A stretch of DNA of 63,395 bases, the filler included, from an uncultured Myxococcia bacterium (GTDB lineage Bacteria > CAZTWC01): NCBI GenBank assembly GCA_964617105.1. It is 15 parts of 15 records of this genome, joined end to end, with 100 filler letters (N's around TTAATTAATTAA, not from the genome) between each part and the next. Parts side by side here need not be neighbours in the genome. Positions count along the whole stretch, not along the records: positions 1 to 4,231 come from CAZTWC010000313.1; positions 4,332 to 8,560 come from CAZTWC010000314.1; positions 8,661 to 12,854 come from CAZTWC010000316.1; 12 more parts are not named here. One strand, given 5' to 3'. The notes below the pieces were generated by a model. That model searched no databases. It saw only the letters and a program-made list of their open reading frames with translations, and was not told the origin of the DNA. This document shows, piece by piece, positions 1 through 9,445 of the stretch (its first letter is position 1; each line of letters starts with the position of its first letter). The translations under genes were made by a program, and so were the position numbers.

Positions 1-73
1 GGGACTTGACGATTATCTTCAATCCTCAATCGTAAAAAATGTGTAGAGAATAAGTGTATTTTAAGGATTTTTT

Positions 74-964
74 TCACTCTCCATTTTCTCCAATCCCATC
101 CCCAACAAACACCCTCAAACCGACCTCGGATGCCTGCTTGTATACCTGTTCCAACTTCTCGATAAACTTGTCCTTCCCCCTCCAAAATGGAAAATTTCCC
201 AGACGCTTCGGTATGGCTGCCGAGATGGGGGGAATATTCACATTACGAAACTGAATGGCAGCACTGTCACTATTGCTTCTCCAGAAATCTATCGGGTCCA
301 TTGCCAATGGTTCAGGTGGTAATTCCTCTTCAGCCTCTTCCAATACTGCAGTATCAACTATGTCGCCAAGGAGACCGAGAAATTCCTCCCTCTTAATGCC
401 CCGTAGTTTGAAAATCAAAAAAGGATCACGGTCAAACTCTTCTCCAAGAAGATAATAGGCTGCTGCAATGTGTTTGCAGGGATTGGACCAGTCGGGACAT
501 GAGCAATCTGTTTTAAGATCACGGAGCCTCGATGGAAACAGTGACAAACCTGCATCATTGAATGCTGTCTCGATGTCCTGGGGCATCTCGCCTGCCAGGA
601 GTTTAGCGGCAAAGGCTGCTTTTTTCGACAAAATATCAGCTAGTTTTTTGATCTCTTTCTTCGCCAATACCTTTATTCGGATTTCGACTTTGTACGGTCT
701 GGAACGCGAACCCTGTACTTTTGCCTGAACCTTCCCTGGCAGGATGTCGATAGAAACGACCTGTCCTTTTCTCGCATAGGTGCGGCCACGGGTAAATCGC
801 GCTCCGATATTGAAACTCTCTAGAACGCTTATCCATTGTTTTGCCCACCAATTTTTGCCAAATGCACCTCGTTTTGTATGGGCTTTTATACCACCCTTGA
901 CTTCTTTGGCCTTGGTCGGTTTATAATAATTAAAATCGTAATACCCTCTTCGCCTTTGGGCCAT
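74..964 (-). CDS. SWIM zinc-finger protein, partner of the SNF2 helicase
   Basis: CSCPDWSNPCKH SWIM motif; RGRTYARKGQV N-terminal motif; 3 bp downstream of the SNF2 gene. Confidence 0.92.
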   Translation of the reverse strand: MAQRRRGYYDFNYYKPTKAKEVKGGIKAHTKRGAFGKNWWAKQWISVLESFNIGARFTRGRTYARKGQVVSIDILPGKVQAKVQGSRSRPYKVEIRIKVLAKKEIKKLADILSKKAAFAAKLLAGEMPQDIETAFNDAGLSLFPSRLRDLKTDCSCPDWSNPCKHIAAAYYLLGEEFDRDPFLIFKLRGIKREEFLGLLGDIVDTAVLEEAEEELPPEPLAMDPIDFWRSNSDSAAIQFRNVNIPPISAAIPKRLGNFPFWRGKDKFIEKLEQVYKQASEVGLRVFVGDGIGENGE

Positions 965-967
965 TTT

Positions 968-3900
968 TCACTCTCCTATGGCATCTTTACGGAGTTTGAA
1001 TATGTTTTTCAATTCTTTATTGGATAATTCTGTTAGCCAGCCTTCTCCGGTTCCCACGACATTCTCTGCAATCGCTTTTTTCCGTTCGATCATCTCGTTG
1101 ATACTGTCTTCCATAGTCCCGGCACAGACAAACTTGTAAACGTGGACATCTTTTGCCTGACCAATACGGAACGCCCTGTCTGTTGCCTGGTTTTCGACAG
1201 CCGGGTTCCACCAGCGGTCAAAGTGGAATACATGGTTGGCGTTTGTGAGGTTCAGGCCAGTGCCGCCGGCTTTCAGGGACAATATAAAAAATGGCGTCAT
1301 ACTGTTTCCATTGCTCTGAAAACGCTCAATCATCAGGTCCCGCTTTTTCTTGGGAACACCGCCATGCAAAAACAGCACCTCCCTGCCAAACTTGTCCTGC
1401 AGGTGGCGTTTCAAAATATTACCCATTTCCGAGAACTGGCTGAAGATCAGTGCCCTTTCATTGGACTCCAGGATAACTTCCAGCATCTCTGTCAGCCGGT
1501 TCAACTTGCCTGACCTGTTATCGATGCGTGAATTATCGCCTAAAAACTGGGCCGGATGGTTGCATACCTGTTTCAGTTTCGACATGGTGGCAAGAATGAC
1601 ACCTTTTCGCTTAATACCCTCGCTGTCAGTCAAAGCGTCTTCTGTATCTTTCAACACCGCAGCATAGAGAGAAGCCTGTTCTTTAGTCAGGTTACAGTAG
1701 GTTATCATCTCCATTTTTTCAGGCAAATCAGAGATAATGCTTTTATCGGTCTTTAGCCGGCGCAAAATAAAAGGAGCGGTAATTTTTTTCAGTTTTTCAC
1801 TCGCATCCCTGTCCTGTCGCGTTTGGATGGGATAGAAAAAATCGCGTTTAAATGCTGCCTGGCTACCTAAAAAGGTGGGATTTAAAAATTCCATGATGGA
1901 CCACAAGTCACCCACATTGTTCTCTACCGGCGTTCCTGTCAGTGCAATTCGGTAATCGGCCTTTATACTCCTGGCGGATTTGGACTGTTTGGTCTCCGGA
2001 TTTTTAATATTTTGCGCCTCGTCAAGTATCACTCCTGCCCATGGAACATCTTTTAGAAAATTAAAATCCCGCTGTAAAAGGCCGTAACTGGAAATAACCA
2101 GGCTATGCTTTTGGGCCTCTTTGACAAATTTTTTATCCTTTTTCCGCTGTATACCGTGGTGAACCATTACCGGCAATTTGGGAGTGAACTTCTCTGACTC
2201 CTTTTTCCAGTTGCCTGTTACCGAAGTTGGACATATCAACAAGACAGGTTGCTTGTTGCCCTCGACCCGGTCCCGTTCAATCAAAGCCAGAGTTTGAACC
2301 GTTTTTCCCAGGCCCATGTCATCGGCAAGGCAGGCTCCCAGGCCATAATATCGCAAAAAAGAAAGCCATGAAAATCCCCGCAACTGATAAGGCCGCAAAG
2401 TGCCCAAGAGGCTCTGCGGCTGCGGCAGTTCCTCTAAATCTGTCCTACTGTTCAAATTTTCGAGGAGATCTGCTATCAATCCTTTTGCTTCAATGGTTTC
2501 AACATCAACTCCCCCGGTCGATTCACCCGCGCCGATGGACATTTTTACAATATCCATCAAACTTGTCTCTGAAGAACCTTTTTGTTTCCAGAAATCAATG
2601 GCGTTTTTTATCTCTTCTGCATTTAATTCCACCCACTGACCGCGGATCTGGACAAGAGGCGCCTTGAATTTTGCCAGGGATTGAAGTTCCCTGATACCCA
2701 GTTTCTGTCCCCCAAGGGCAAGTTCCCAATCAAATTGAACCAGGCTGCCCAGGGATAACCCGCTTTTGCCTATCATCTTTGGGCTTTTGACCTTGGCCTT
2801 TGCAGTGACTTTCGTTTTGGTGCCTTTCCTGCTCCACCAGGCAGGAAGGATCACGCAGAATCCCGAATCTTCCAGGGTCATGGCCTTTTGAGTTAGAAAT
2901 TCATAGGCTTCGCTTGTTTCCATACAATAACCGTCGGGCTCAGCCTGTTCCAGGCTCCCGGCAATCCCGGGACATATACCACATGCCTGTCCAAGAGAGG
3001 AAAGAAAAATCTCTTTGGCATTGGTCCCGTGCTTTTTTATCAACTCTACTCGTTTTCCTTTTACTTTGTAAATATCGTTCGCTTCGAAAAAGAGGCTTGG
3101 CTCATCGTATGGCTGCAATAGATAGCGGACAAACCAGTTTTCAGTGGCTATCTTGACATTTGCACCTGCTGTCTCCAGTTTTTGGGGCTCTTCGAGCCTG
3201 AAGCAAAGCCGGAATTTGGCGGTGGACATTACTCTTACTGGCCGTCTCCATTCAGCCAGTTTTGATCGCAATTCATAAATCTCGTTTTCATCTGCATCAA
3301 TTTGGGCATCTTCTGTTCGAAGGGCATTGAACCAGGCATCGTGCACACTGTCAAAGGATCGCCTTGGTTTATTCTTTTTTGGTTGTGATTCAATGTCTGC
3401 AACCGGGGTTCGCAACAGGAAATCGACAAAGTCACCGATACTATCTTTGATCATGGCGATGGGGGCAGTGTCAGGAGGAGAATCTTCGTTGCCAACGGAT
3501 ATCGCTCTGGCAACAGACGGCATGCTTTGGGATAGTTTGGTCAATATTTTCTGGTCTTCAGCGATATAAAGGGGCTCCCATCTTCCATAAGCATCATCTT
3601 TTTTAAGGATAATGCTTGGGAGGTATTTTTGCCTCGTCACCAATGAGGCTGAGAAATTTAATATGGAAGTCCACCAAAAAATATCCGGGCCAGGAATAAC
3701 ACCAGGGGCCAGTGTCTGTCTGCCCTTGCAGACACTCAACAGATCCATTGCCTGGTTGGTGTTCAAATGTAAAGCGGTTAACTTCCAGGCAGTTAGTTTC
3801 ACCTTTGCCCTTGATCCCGGTATTTCTGCAATGATGGGGCTGGAAGGGACAGGATATTTGCCTTTGGTGGGAAGCCAGGCCAAAACCTGTTCCTTTTTTT

Positions 3901-4102
3901 TCGCTTTGGGTTTTATCCCAATAGGAATTTGCTTTAATACCTGTTTAATACGTTTAAGATCTGCATTGAAGGGATAAGGTTGCGGCTGTGATTGTATTTT
4001 CTTTATTGTCAAATGGGAAGGAAAATCATCTATATCTGCAGAAACCTCGCCCCAGAGAAAAATCGCATTTTTTACTTTGCTCAAATGAAGTATTGTGGCC
4101 AT
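968..4102 (-). CDS. SNF2-family (SWI2/SNF2) helicase/ATPase
   Basis: LRPYQLRG, LADDMGLGKT, ILDEAQNIKN, ALTGTPVEN, SLKAGGTGLNL, WWNPAVENQATDRAFRIGQ; ATG at 4102 preferred over 4126. Confidence 0.95.
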   Translation of the reverse strand: MATILHLSKVKNAIFLWGEVSADIDDFPSHLTIKKIQSQPQPYPFNADLKRIKQVLKQIPIGIKPKAKKKEQVLAWLPTKGKYPVPSSPIIAEIPGSRAKVKLTAWKLTALHLNTNQAMDLLSVCKGRQTLAPGVIPGPDIFWWTSILNFSASLVTRQKYLPSIILKKDDAYGRWEPLYIAEDQKILTKLSQSMPSVARAISVGNEDSPPDTAPIAMIKDSIGDFVDFLLRTPVADIESQPKKNKPRRSFDSVHDAWFNALRTEDAQIDADENEIYELRSKLAEWRRPVRVMSTAKFRLCFRLEEPQKLETAGANVKIATENWFVRYLLQPYDEPSLFFEANDIYKVKGKRVELIKKHGTNAKEIFLSSLGQACGICPGIAGSLEQAEPDGYCMETSEAYEFLTQKAMTLEDSGFCVILPAWWSRKGTKTKVTAKAKVKSPKMIGKSGLSLGSLVQFDWELALGGQKLGIRELQSLAKFKAPLVQIRGQWVELNAEEIKNAIDFWKQKGSSETSLMDIVKMSIGAGESTGGVDVETIEAKGLIADLLENLNSRTDLEELPQPQSLLGTLRPYQLRGFSWLSFLRYYGLGACLADDMGLGKTVQTLALIERDRVEGNKQPVLLICPTSVTGNWKKESEKFTPKLPVMVHHGIQRKKDKKFVKEAQKHSLVISSYGLLQRDFNFLKDVPWAGVILDEAQNIKNPETKQSKSARSIKADYRIALTGTPVENNVGDLWSIMEFLNPTFLGSQAAFKRDFFYPIQTRQDRDASEKLKKITAPFILRRLKTDKSIISDLPEKMEMITYCNLTKEQASLYAAVLKDTEDALTDSEGIKRKGVILATMSKLKQVCNHPAQFLGDNSRIDNRSGKLNRLTEMLEVILESNERALIFSQFSEMGNILKRHLQDKFGREVLFLHGGVPKKKRDLMIERFQSNGNSMTPFFILSLKAGGTGLNLTNANHVFHFDRWWNPAVENQATDRAFRIGQAKDVHVYKFVCAGTMEDSINEMIERKKAIAENVVGTGEGWLTELSNKELKNIFKLRKDAIGE

Positions 4103-4331
4103 GGATATTAACTCTCTATTTTTCAATTAGTAGCAGATTATTATTATATACAGCCACCTTTCGGCCATCAGTGCTTTATCCGTTCTCTAAAATGTGTACA
4201 AATCTGTACACGGCTTAGTTCCTGCTTCATCNNNNNNNNNNNNNNNNNNNNNNNNNNNNNNNNNNNNNNNNNNNNTTAATTAATTAANNNNNNNNNNNNN
4301 NNNNNNNNNNNNNNNNNNNNNNNNNNNNNNN

Positions 4332-4465
4332 TAGCGGTAAAATGTACCCCGGGCCACTCCAGCCTCCTTGATAATCGCCTCGATAGAAGTGGCATGATAA
4401 CCATTTTGGGCAAAAACTCTCTCAGCCGCCTTAAACAATTCCTGCTTTCTCTCTTTGGGCTCCAT
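4332..4465 (-). CDS. TetR/AcrR-family regulator, N-terminal fragment cut by contig end
   Basis: AAERVFAQNGYHATSIEAIIKEAGVARGTFY TetR HTH. Confidence 0.9.
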
Positions 4466-4783
4466 TGCTGGTTTTATCCTCCTTGCCTGAGTTTCCAAGT
4501 AAATATGTTAACTTTATAATACTAAATCAGCCAAAATATACAATCAACAACTCTGAAATTCTGGCAAATAATTGATTTTTAACAGTACCCATTCAGGAAT
4601 CAACTTCCTCTTTTTTACCAACCCAAACATCTTCAACTAAAAAAACAAATTCTTGTCTATTGTTTTGATAAATGATATTATTTAAGTACAGATAATTGTA
4701 ATTTTGAAACCTCTTTGCCGGATTATACGCATCTCCGGGAGTTTAACAATCTCTGCTCTCGCCAAAACAGGAGTTAAAATAAA

Positions 4784-5119
4784 ATGCTGGATATCTTGCC
4801 TAAGCATGTTGATGATATTATTGTTTTAGAATTAAAGGGCGATTTCGATATGAGTGCTTGCCTTACTTTCAATGAAATTGCAAGTAATTTTTTAAAGGAC
4901 GATTTTAACAAATTTATCCTGGATTTTAAAAGTACTCCGGTGGTAACCTCTGTTGGCTTCAGAGAAATCATCGCTTTGTTTAAAAAATGTAAGGCCATGG
5001 CAGTGTGTAATATGCCGCCAAATGTGTTGGAGAGTTTCGGTTTTCTCGATTTTAAAACAATTTTCAACCACTATGACTCTCAACAAGAAGCCCTCGACAG
5101 TATATCAGGGCCCGCTTAA
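4784..5119 (+). CDS. STAS-domain anti-sigma factor antagonist
   Basis: 111 aa; LELKGDFD...FILDFKSTPVVTSVG STAS pattern with the phosphorylatable Ser. Confidence 0.8.
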   Translation: MLDILPKHVDDIIVLELKGDFDMSACLTFNEIASNFLKDDFNKFILDFKSTPVVTSVGFREIIALFKKCKAMAVCNMPPNVLESFGFLDFKTIFNHYDSQQEALDSISGPA

Positions 5120-5219
5120 AATAACTTCATACCCACTCTGGGCACTTCGCATTTTCGAGGCCAACGGTCATCCCTTTAGGGACTCCCATCTTCAAGCCAT
5201 CTTCAGCCGCAACTAACTG

Positions 5220-6008
5220 CTACTTGACATGACAATTGGACTGATTGTTGGGAGCAGTCACCACCAACCTGATCAACAGACAACATCCTCCATCTTCTGC
5301 TGACCTATGATTTCGAGTTTCAATCTCCATTTCTCCTTTATGGGCGTCAACAATCTCTTTCACTATTTGCAGTCCCAATCCCCGATTATTCTTGTCAATA
5401 TCGACCTTTACCTCTTTTGATAAAACCTTCTCTTTTATCCTGTCATCCATCCCCGGTCCCTGATCACTGACTTTAATAATCACCGACTCCCGGCCTATTT
5501 CTCTCTCTACCGCCAAACCCAAATCACTATTATAAGGGCTGTATCTTAGAGCATTATCGATAATATTTTCCAATGCCTGTAATAACTTTTCCCGATTTCC
5601 CCAGATAGTTTTTAATTGCTTATCATAGGTTATCTGGAGACCACACCTCTTGCCATGGCTCTGATTTAAGGCTCTAAAACTCTCCTCTATCTCTTTGATA
5701 AAAGAGGGCAGATCTATCTCTTCCATTGTCAGTTCTGTTATGCCCTCTGCCTGCCAATTATTGATAAACTCTTCAACCATCGCCCACATCCTCTTATGGC
5801 TACGTTCCAATCTATGGCAGATAGAGGTCAAATCATGCTTGATCCTTGGTAATCCTCCTTTTTCCTTCTCGCCTTTAATGGCACTATTATTCAAAATAAT
5901 TTTTTTCTCCAATTGCGAAAGACAACTGCGAAACATTTCTAATTGGTGGGTTTGTAAGGATAGGGGAGTTTTCAGTTTGTGAGCCATGCGGGCCAGTTGT
6001 TTGTTCAT
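5220..6008 (-). CDS. Sensor-less histidine kinase (HisKA-HATPase)
   Basis: AHKLKTPL H-box, ENIIDNALRY N-box, DQGPGM G1, GLGLQIVK G2. Confidence 0.85.
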   Translation of the reverse strand: MNKQLARMAHKLKTPLSLQTHQLEMFRSCLSQLEKKIILNNSAIKGEKEKGGLPRIKHDLTSICHRLERSHKRMWAMVEEFINNWQAEGITELTMEEIDLPSFIKEIEESFRALNQSHGKRCGLQITYDKQLKTIWGNREKLLQALENIIDNALRYSPYNSDLGLAVEREIGRESVIIKVSDQGPGMDDRIKEKVLSKEVKVDIDKNNRGLGLQIVKEIVDAHKGEMEIETRNHRSAEDGGCCLLIRLVVTAPNNQSNCHVK

Positions 6009-6031
6009 AATGGTTAACCAGATTTACGTTT

Positions 6032-8251
6032 TTAAACGATTTCCAACTTACTAATAATCTGAGCAACCTCTCGATAAGATTTATCGAGTTTCATCACCTT
6101 TTTATAATAATAAAGAGCCTCTGCGGTATCTCCCATATTTTCATAAGAGCGGCCCAGGTCGAAATAGAAACCAATGCACTGTTCATTACTTATATCGACC
6201 AAATTAAGCCCCCTTTTAAAACAACTTATGGCATCGGTAAACAACTCTTTTTCCAAAAAGCAGTTTCCCACCATCTGATAACTTTCACATTGATGAGATG
6301 AACTCTCCGCCGCCAGGGAAAACTCGTTGATAGCCTCATCCAAAAGCCCCATCTCTCTAAAAGCCAACCCCATGTCAAAATGGATATCTCCGTCAGACTT
6401 AATCAACTTTTCATCGCTTTTTCTGATAAACTCCTCAAATACATCGCCCACAGAAACACTTTCCTGCTCATCCTGTAGTTTCTCTGCCTCTGCCAATTGG
6501 TCGGCAATTTCATTCAAATCATCAAAAGATTGGGCTGTATCACTGGAGACACTATCGGAAACTTCCGGTGCGCCCCCTCCCATCTTGGCCTCAATCATGG
6601 CTAATTTTTTCCTGAATTTCGGATCTTCCCCAACTGCTTTCAAATGGGCCTCAACTATCTCTTTCGCCTCAGATAACAGCCCCTGTTCTATAAAAAAATC
6701 GATGTCTTCTAAATCATAGGCCAAATCTTCTCCCCCACTATCTCCCAAATCCTCCGCCATCTCAACCGGTGCGGTTTCATTACCCAATAAAATAGCCTGA
6801 TTTTGAAAATCGACTTCTTCCTCTTTTGGGTCTATCTCAATCTCTCCTGAAATCGCTAAATCCTTGACTTCCTGCAATCCGATTATTTCGGTGGATTCTT
6901 CCAGGGCAATGATATCTGTTGCCGTCTCCTGGCCAATCAACTGCTCTTCCTCGTTTTCCTCAACCGGAGTAAATTCATCTTCATCTATACTGGCCAATAA
7001 TTCTTTGGCTCGGCTATGGTTAGGGGCTATTTTTAACACCTGGGCGATAAATTCCCGGCTATCATCCTTCTTATCCTCGCTGATACAAATATCGGCCAAA
7101 GTCAGCAATTCTTCCTTAATTTTGCTTCGCTGGCCATCAACCTGGTATACTTGGAGCAACATCTCATGCACTTCCCTGGAATTGGGGGATATAGCCAGGG
7201 CATTTCTTAAGTGATCAATCGCCTTTTCAATAAGGCCATATTTTATATATACTTCTGACTCGTTAATTATCCTCTCGACCTCTCCATCTTCCTCCTCCAG
7301 GTCAATTTCCAAAATATCCTCGTCCAACTCCACTTCTTGATCATCTAAGACCAAAGAAGCCTCTTTTATAGCTGCGGAAGCCTCCACGTCATCGCCGGCA
7401 ATATCGATAATTTTCTGGTAATACTCCACTGACTTGGCAGTTTCACCCAATTCTTTATGCAGTCGGGCTAGCTCCCGATAGATGGACACCACTTTCTGAT
7501 ATTGTTCCAGTTCAACAAACACCTCGCCCAATAACTGCAAAGTAAAGACATCTTTGGGATTTTTTTGAAAACACTTTTGTAATTTTACTAAAGACTTCTT
7601 AGCCTCTCCCATCTGTAGATAAATATTGGCCAATTCCTGGGTCATTCGCAAATCATCAGGGATGTGGTATAGTACCCTTTCAATAACTTTTACATAATCG
7701 CCGGTCCGGTTCTCTTTCTTTAAATAATCGGCTGCCTCCATAAATTGGGCCACCGCTTTGTCCACCATCTTCTCCCGTGAGTATAGTTCAGCCAGTTTCA
7801 ACCTGCTGGGTATATTGGTACTGTCCAGGTCTATTATCTTTTTCAGAATATCAAAAGCGTCTTTAATACTTCCATCCTGCTCGTAGTCAAAGGCTGCCTG
7901 TTGGTAATACACCAACGCATCGCTAATGAGACCCATCTGCCGATATAAATCTCCTAATATCAAATTCAGTTCTATCATTTCAGGGGCAATAACCAATATC
8001 TGCTTATACACTGCAATAGATTTCAAGTAATAGCCTTGATCGAAATAAGTTTCTGCCGCCTCCTGGTAATTGGTTACCGCCTTCTCTTTATCACCATTTT
8101 TGGCATAGAGTTCGGCAATTTTTAAATAGATACGGGTGTCGGAAGAGTCAGCGTATAATATTTTCTCATATACTTTTATCGCTTTTTGCAATTGCCCCTT
8201 ATGGGCATATTTTTGAGCAGATGTTAAAAGTTTTGTGCGGTCAAATGCCAA
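6032..8251 (-). CDS. sgmX: Multi-TPR protein resembling myxobacterial SgmX (type IV pilus polarity factor)
   Basis: N-terminal TPR array (GYYLKSIAVYKQIL, SRLKLAELYSREKM, KLQKCF), acidic linker, C-terminal TPRs with HFDMGLAFREMGLLDEAINEF; resemblance recalled, not searched. Confidence 0.7.
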   Translation of the reverse strand: MAFDRTKLLTSAQKYAHKGQLQKAIKVYEKILYADSSDTRIYLKIAELYAKNGDKEKAVTNYQEAAETYFDQGYYLKSIAVYKQILVIAPEMIELNLILGDLYRQMGLISDALVYYQQAAFDYEQDGSIKDAFDILKKIIDLDSTNIPSRLKLAELYSREKMVDKAVAQFMEAADYLKKENRTGDYVKVIERVLYHIPDDLRMTQELANIYLQMGEAKKSLVKLQKCFQKNPKDVFTLQLLGEVFVELEQYQKVVSIYRELARLHKELGETAKSVEYYQKIIDIAGDDVEASAAIKEASLVLDDQEVELDEDILEIDLEEEDGEVERIINESEVYIKYGLIEKAIDHLRNALAISPNSREVHEMLLQVYQVDGQRSKIKEELLTLADICISEDKKDDSREFIAQVLKIAPNHSRAKELLASIDEDEFTPVEENEEEQLIGQETATDIIALEESTEIIGLQEVKDLAISGEIEIDPKEEEVDFQNQAILLGNETAPVEMAEDLGDSGGEDLAYDLEDIDFFIEQGLLSEAKEIVEAHLKAVGEDPKFRKKLAMIEAKMGGGAPEVSDSVSSDTAQSFDDLNEIADQLAEAEKLQDEQESVSVGDVFEEFIRKSDEKLIKSDGDIHFDMGLAFREMGLLDEAINEFSLAAESSSHQCESYQMVGNCFLEKELFTDAISCFKRGLNLVDISNEQCIGFYFDLGRSYENMGDTAEALYYYKKVMKLDKSYREVAQIISKLEIV

Positions 8252-8499
8252 TTTAAATCACCATGTATTTGGAGGCTCGCTTAATACCAGGCCAGATAGT
8301 AGAAAAATTGTTTTGCTTTTTTGTCTATTTTTTCTTATAATATATTAATGTAAAATGTTCAATAGCAACCACTTTTAAAGTAAAGAACCCGGAAGTTCTT
8401 TTTATTATTAAATAGTATTAAAAAACATCTATTAGTCAAGATAATTTATTAGGTTGCTGTCCGAGACATCACTTGGCAATTATTTACCGAGGAAAAAAG

Positions 8500-8560
8500 A
8501 TGGATTTAAGAAAAACTGCTTTTATATTACCCAATCTTTTTACCCTATCTGCTATGTTTT
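8500..8560 (+). CDS. pssA: CDP-diacylglycerol--serine O-phosphatidyltransferase, first 20 codons only
   Basis: MDLRKTAFILPNLFTLSAMF matches the LPNLFT N-terminal motif; GAGG RBS upstream; cut by contig end. Confidence 0.7.
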
Positions 8561-8660
8561 NNNNNNNNNNNNNNNNNNNNNNNNNNNNNNNNNNNNNNNN
8601 NNNNTTAATTAATTAANNNNNNNNNNNNNNNNNNNNNNNNNNNNNNNNNNNNNNNNNNNN

Positions 8661-9432
8661 GCTGCTGCCACCAGCGGATTTGACTAGACACGATGCCAAT
8701 AATTTTAGGATTTTGTCCGCCCTGATAAGTGAACTGGAGGTTGACGAGGACTTTCTTTTCCAGAGTTGGCGCTCATTAAGTGGTTTGCGGGGAGAGGAGT
8801 TGTCCTCTTTTATCGAGATAATACAGGCGGTCCGGGCCTTTGCCACCATGCGGGAGAGTACCTCAATGGCTTACCGGATAACCGACTCCATAATGAAACA
8901 TCTCCATACTTCTGACTATGATGAAAGCCCAATAGATTTGCCCGAAATGATTAGAACCGGGCTGAGCTTGATTTTTAATAAATTGAAGAAAAAAGGGGTC
9001 AGGGTTGATCTGGATTTACCGGCCGAAAATAAGATAAAAGCAGCCGGCAAAGGCTTATTCCAGATATATCTCGGCGTGCTTTTGGCCGCCACCCACCTTT
9101 TAGCAAAATCGAAATCTACTGTTGCCGCCTCTGGCAAAAGTTCAGAAGCCAAAAAGATAATTACTGTATCTCTGATACCCAATGGTGGTGATGATGCCGG
9201 TTTTTCTCTGGCCATAAATGCCAAAGGGATTGACGTAGAAGATAAACTTATCCAGGCAATTTGGTCAGAGGACTATCAGGCCCCACCAGATACGCCGGAC
9301 ACCAGGGTGGCGGATGAAAGTATCTTTAACCTGGCTTTTTGCCGCCAATTGGCCCAGAAGAGCGGCGGTTTGTTGGAGATGCAGCAAACCAAAAACAGTT
9401 TTGATTTTGTCCTTAACTGGTCAGGGATTTGA
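8661..9432 (+). CDS. 5'-partial protein ending in a degenerate HATPase-like domain
   Basis: PIDLPEMI...GVRVDLDLP...LFQIYLGVLLAA...LAFCRQLAQKSGGLLEM follows the kinase CA fold but lacks N-box Asn and DxGxG. Confidence 0.55.
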
Positions 9433-9445
9433 AAGGATTTTTCAG

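Noticed and set aside
74-4102. SWIM-SNF2 pair as a novel system
   Set aside because: Widespread, already described gene pair
4232-4331. Regularly spaced N-TTAATTAATTAA-N motif, 14 copies about 4.2 kb apart
   Set aside because: Artificial 100-bp contig linker with stops in all frames; not a biological repeat, and cross-linker synteny is meaningless
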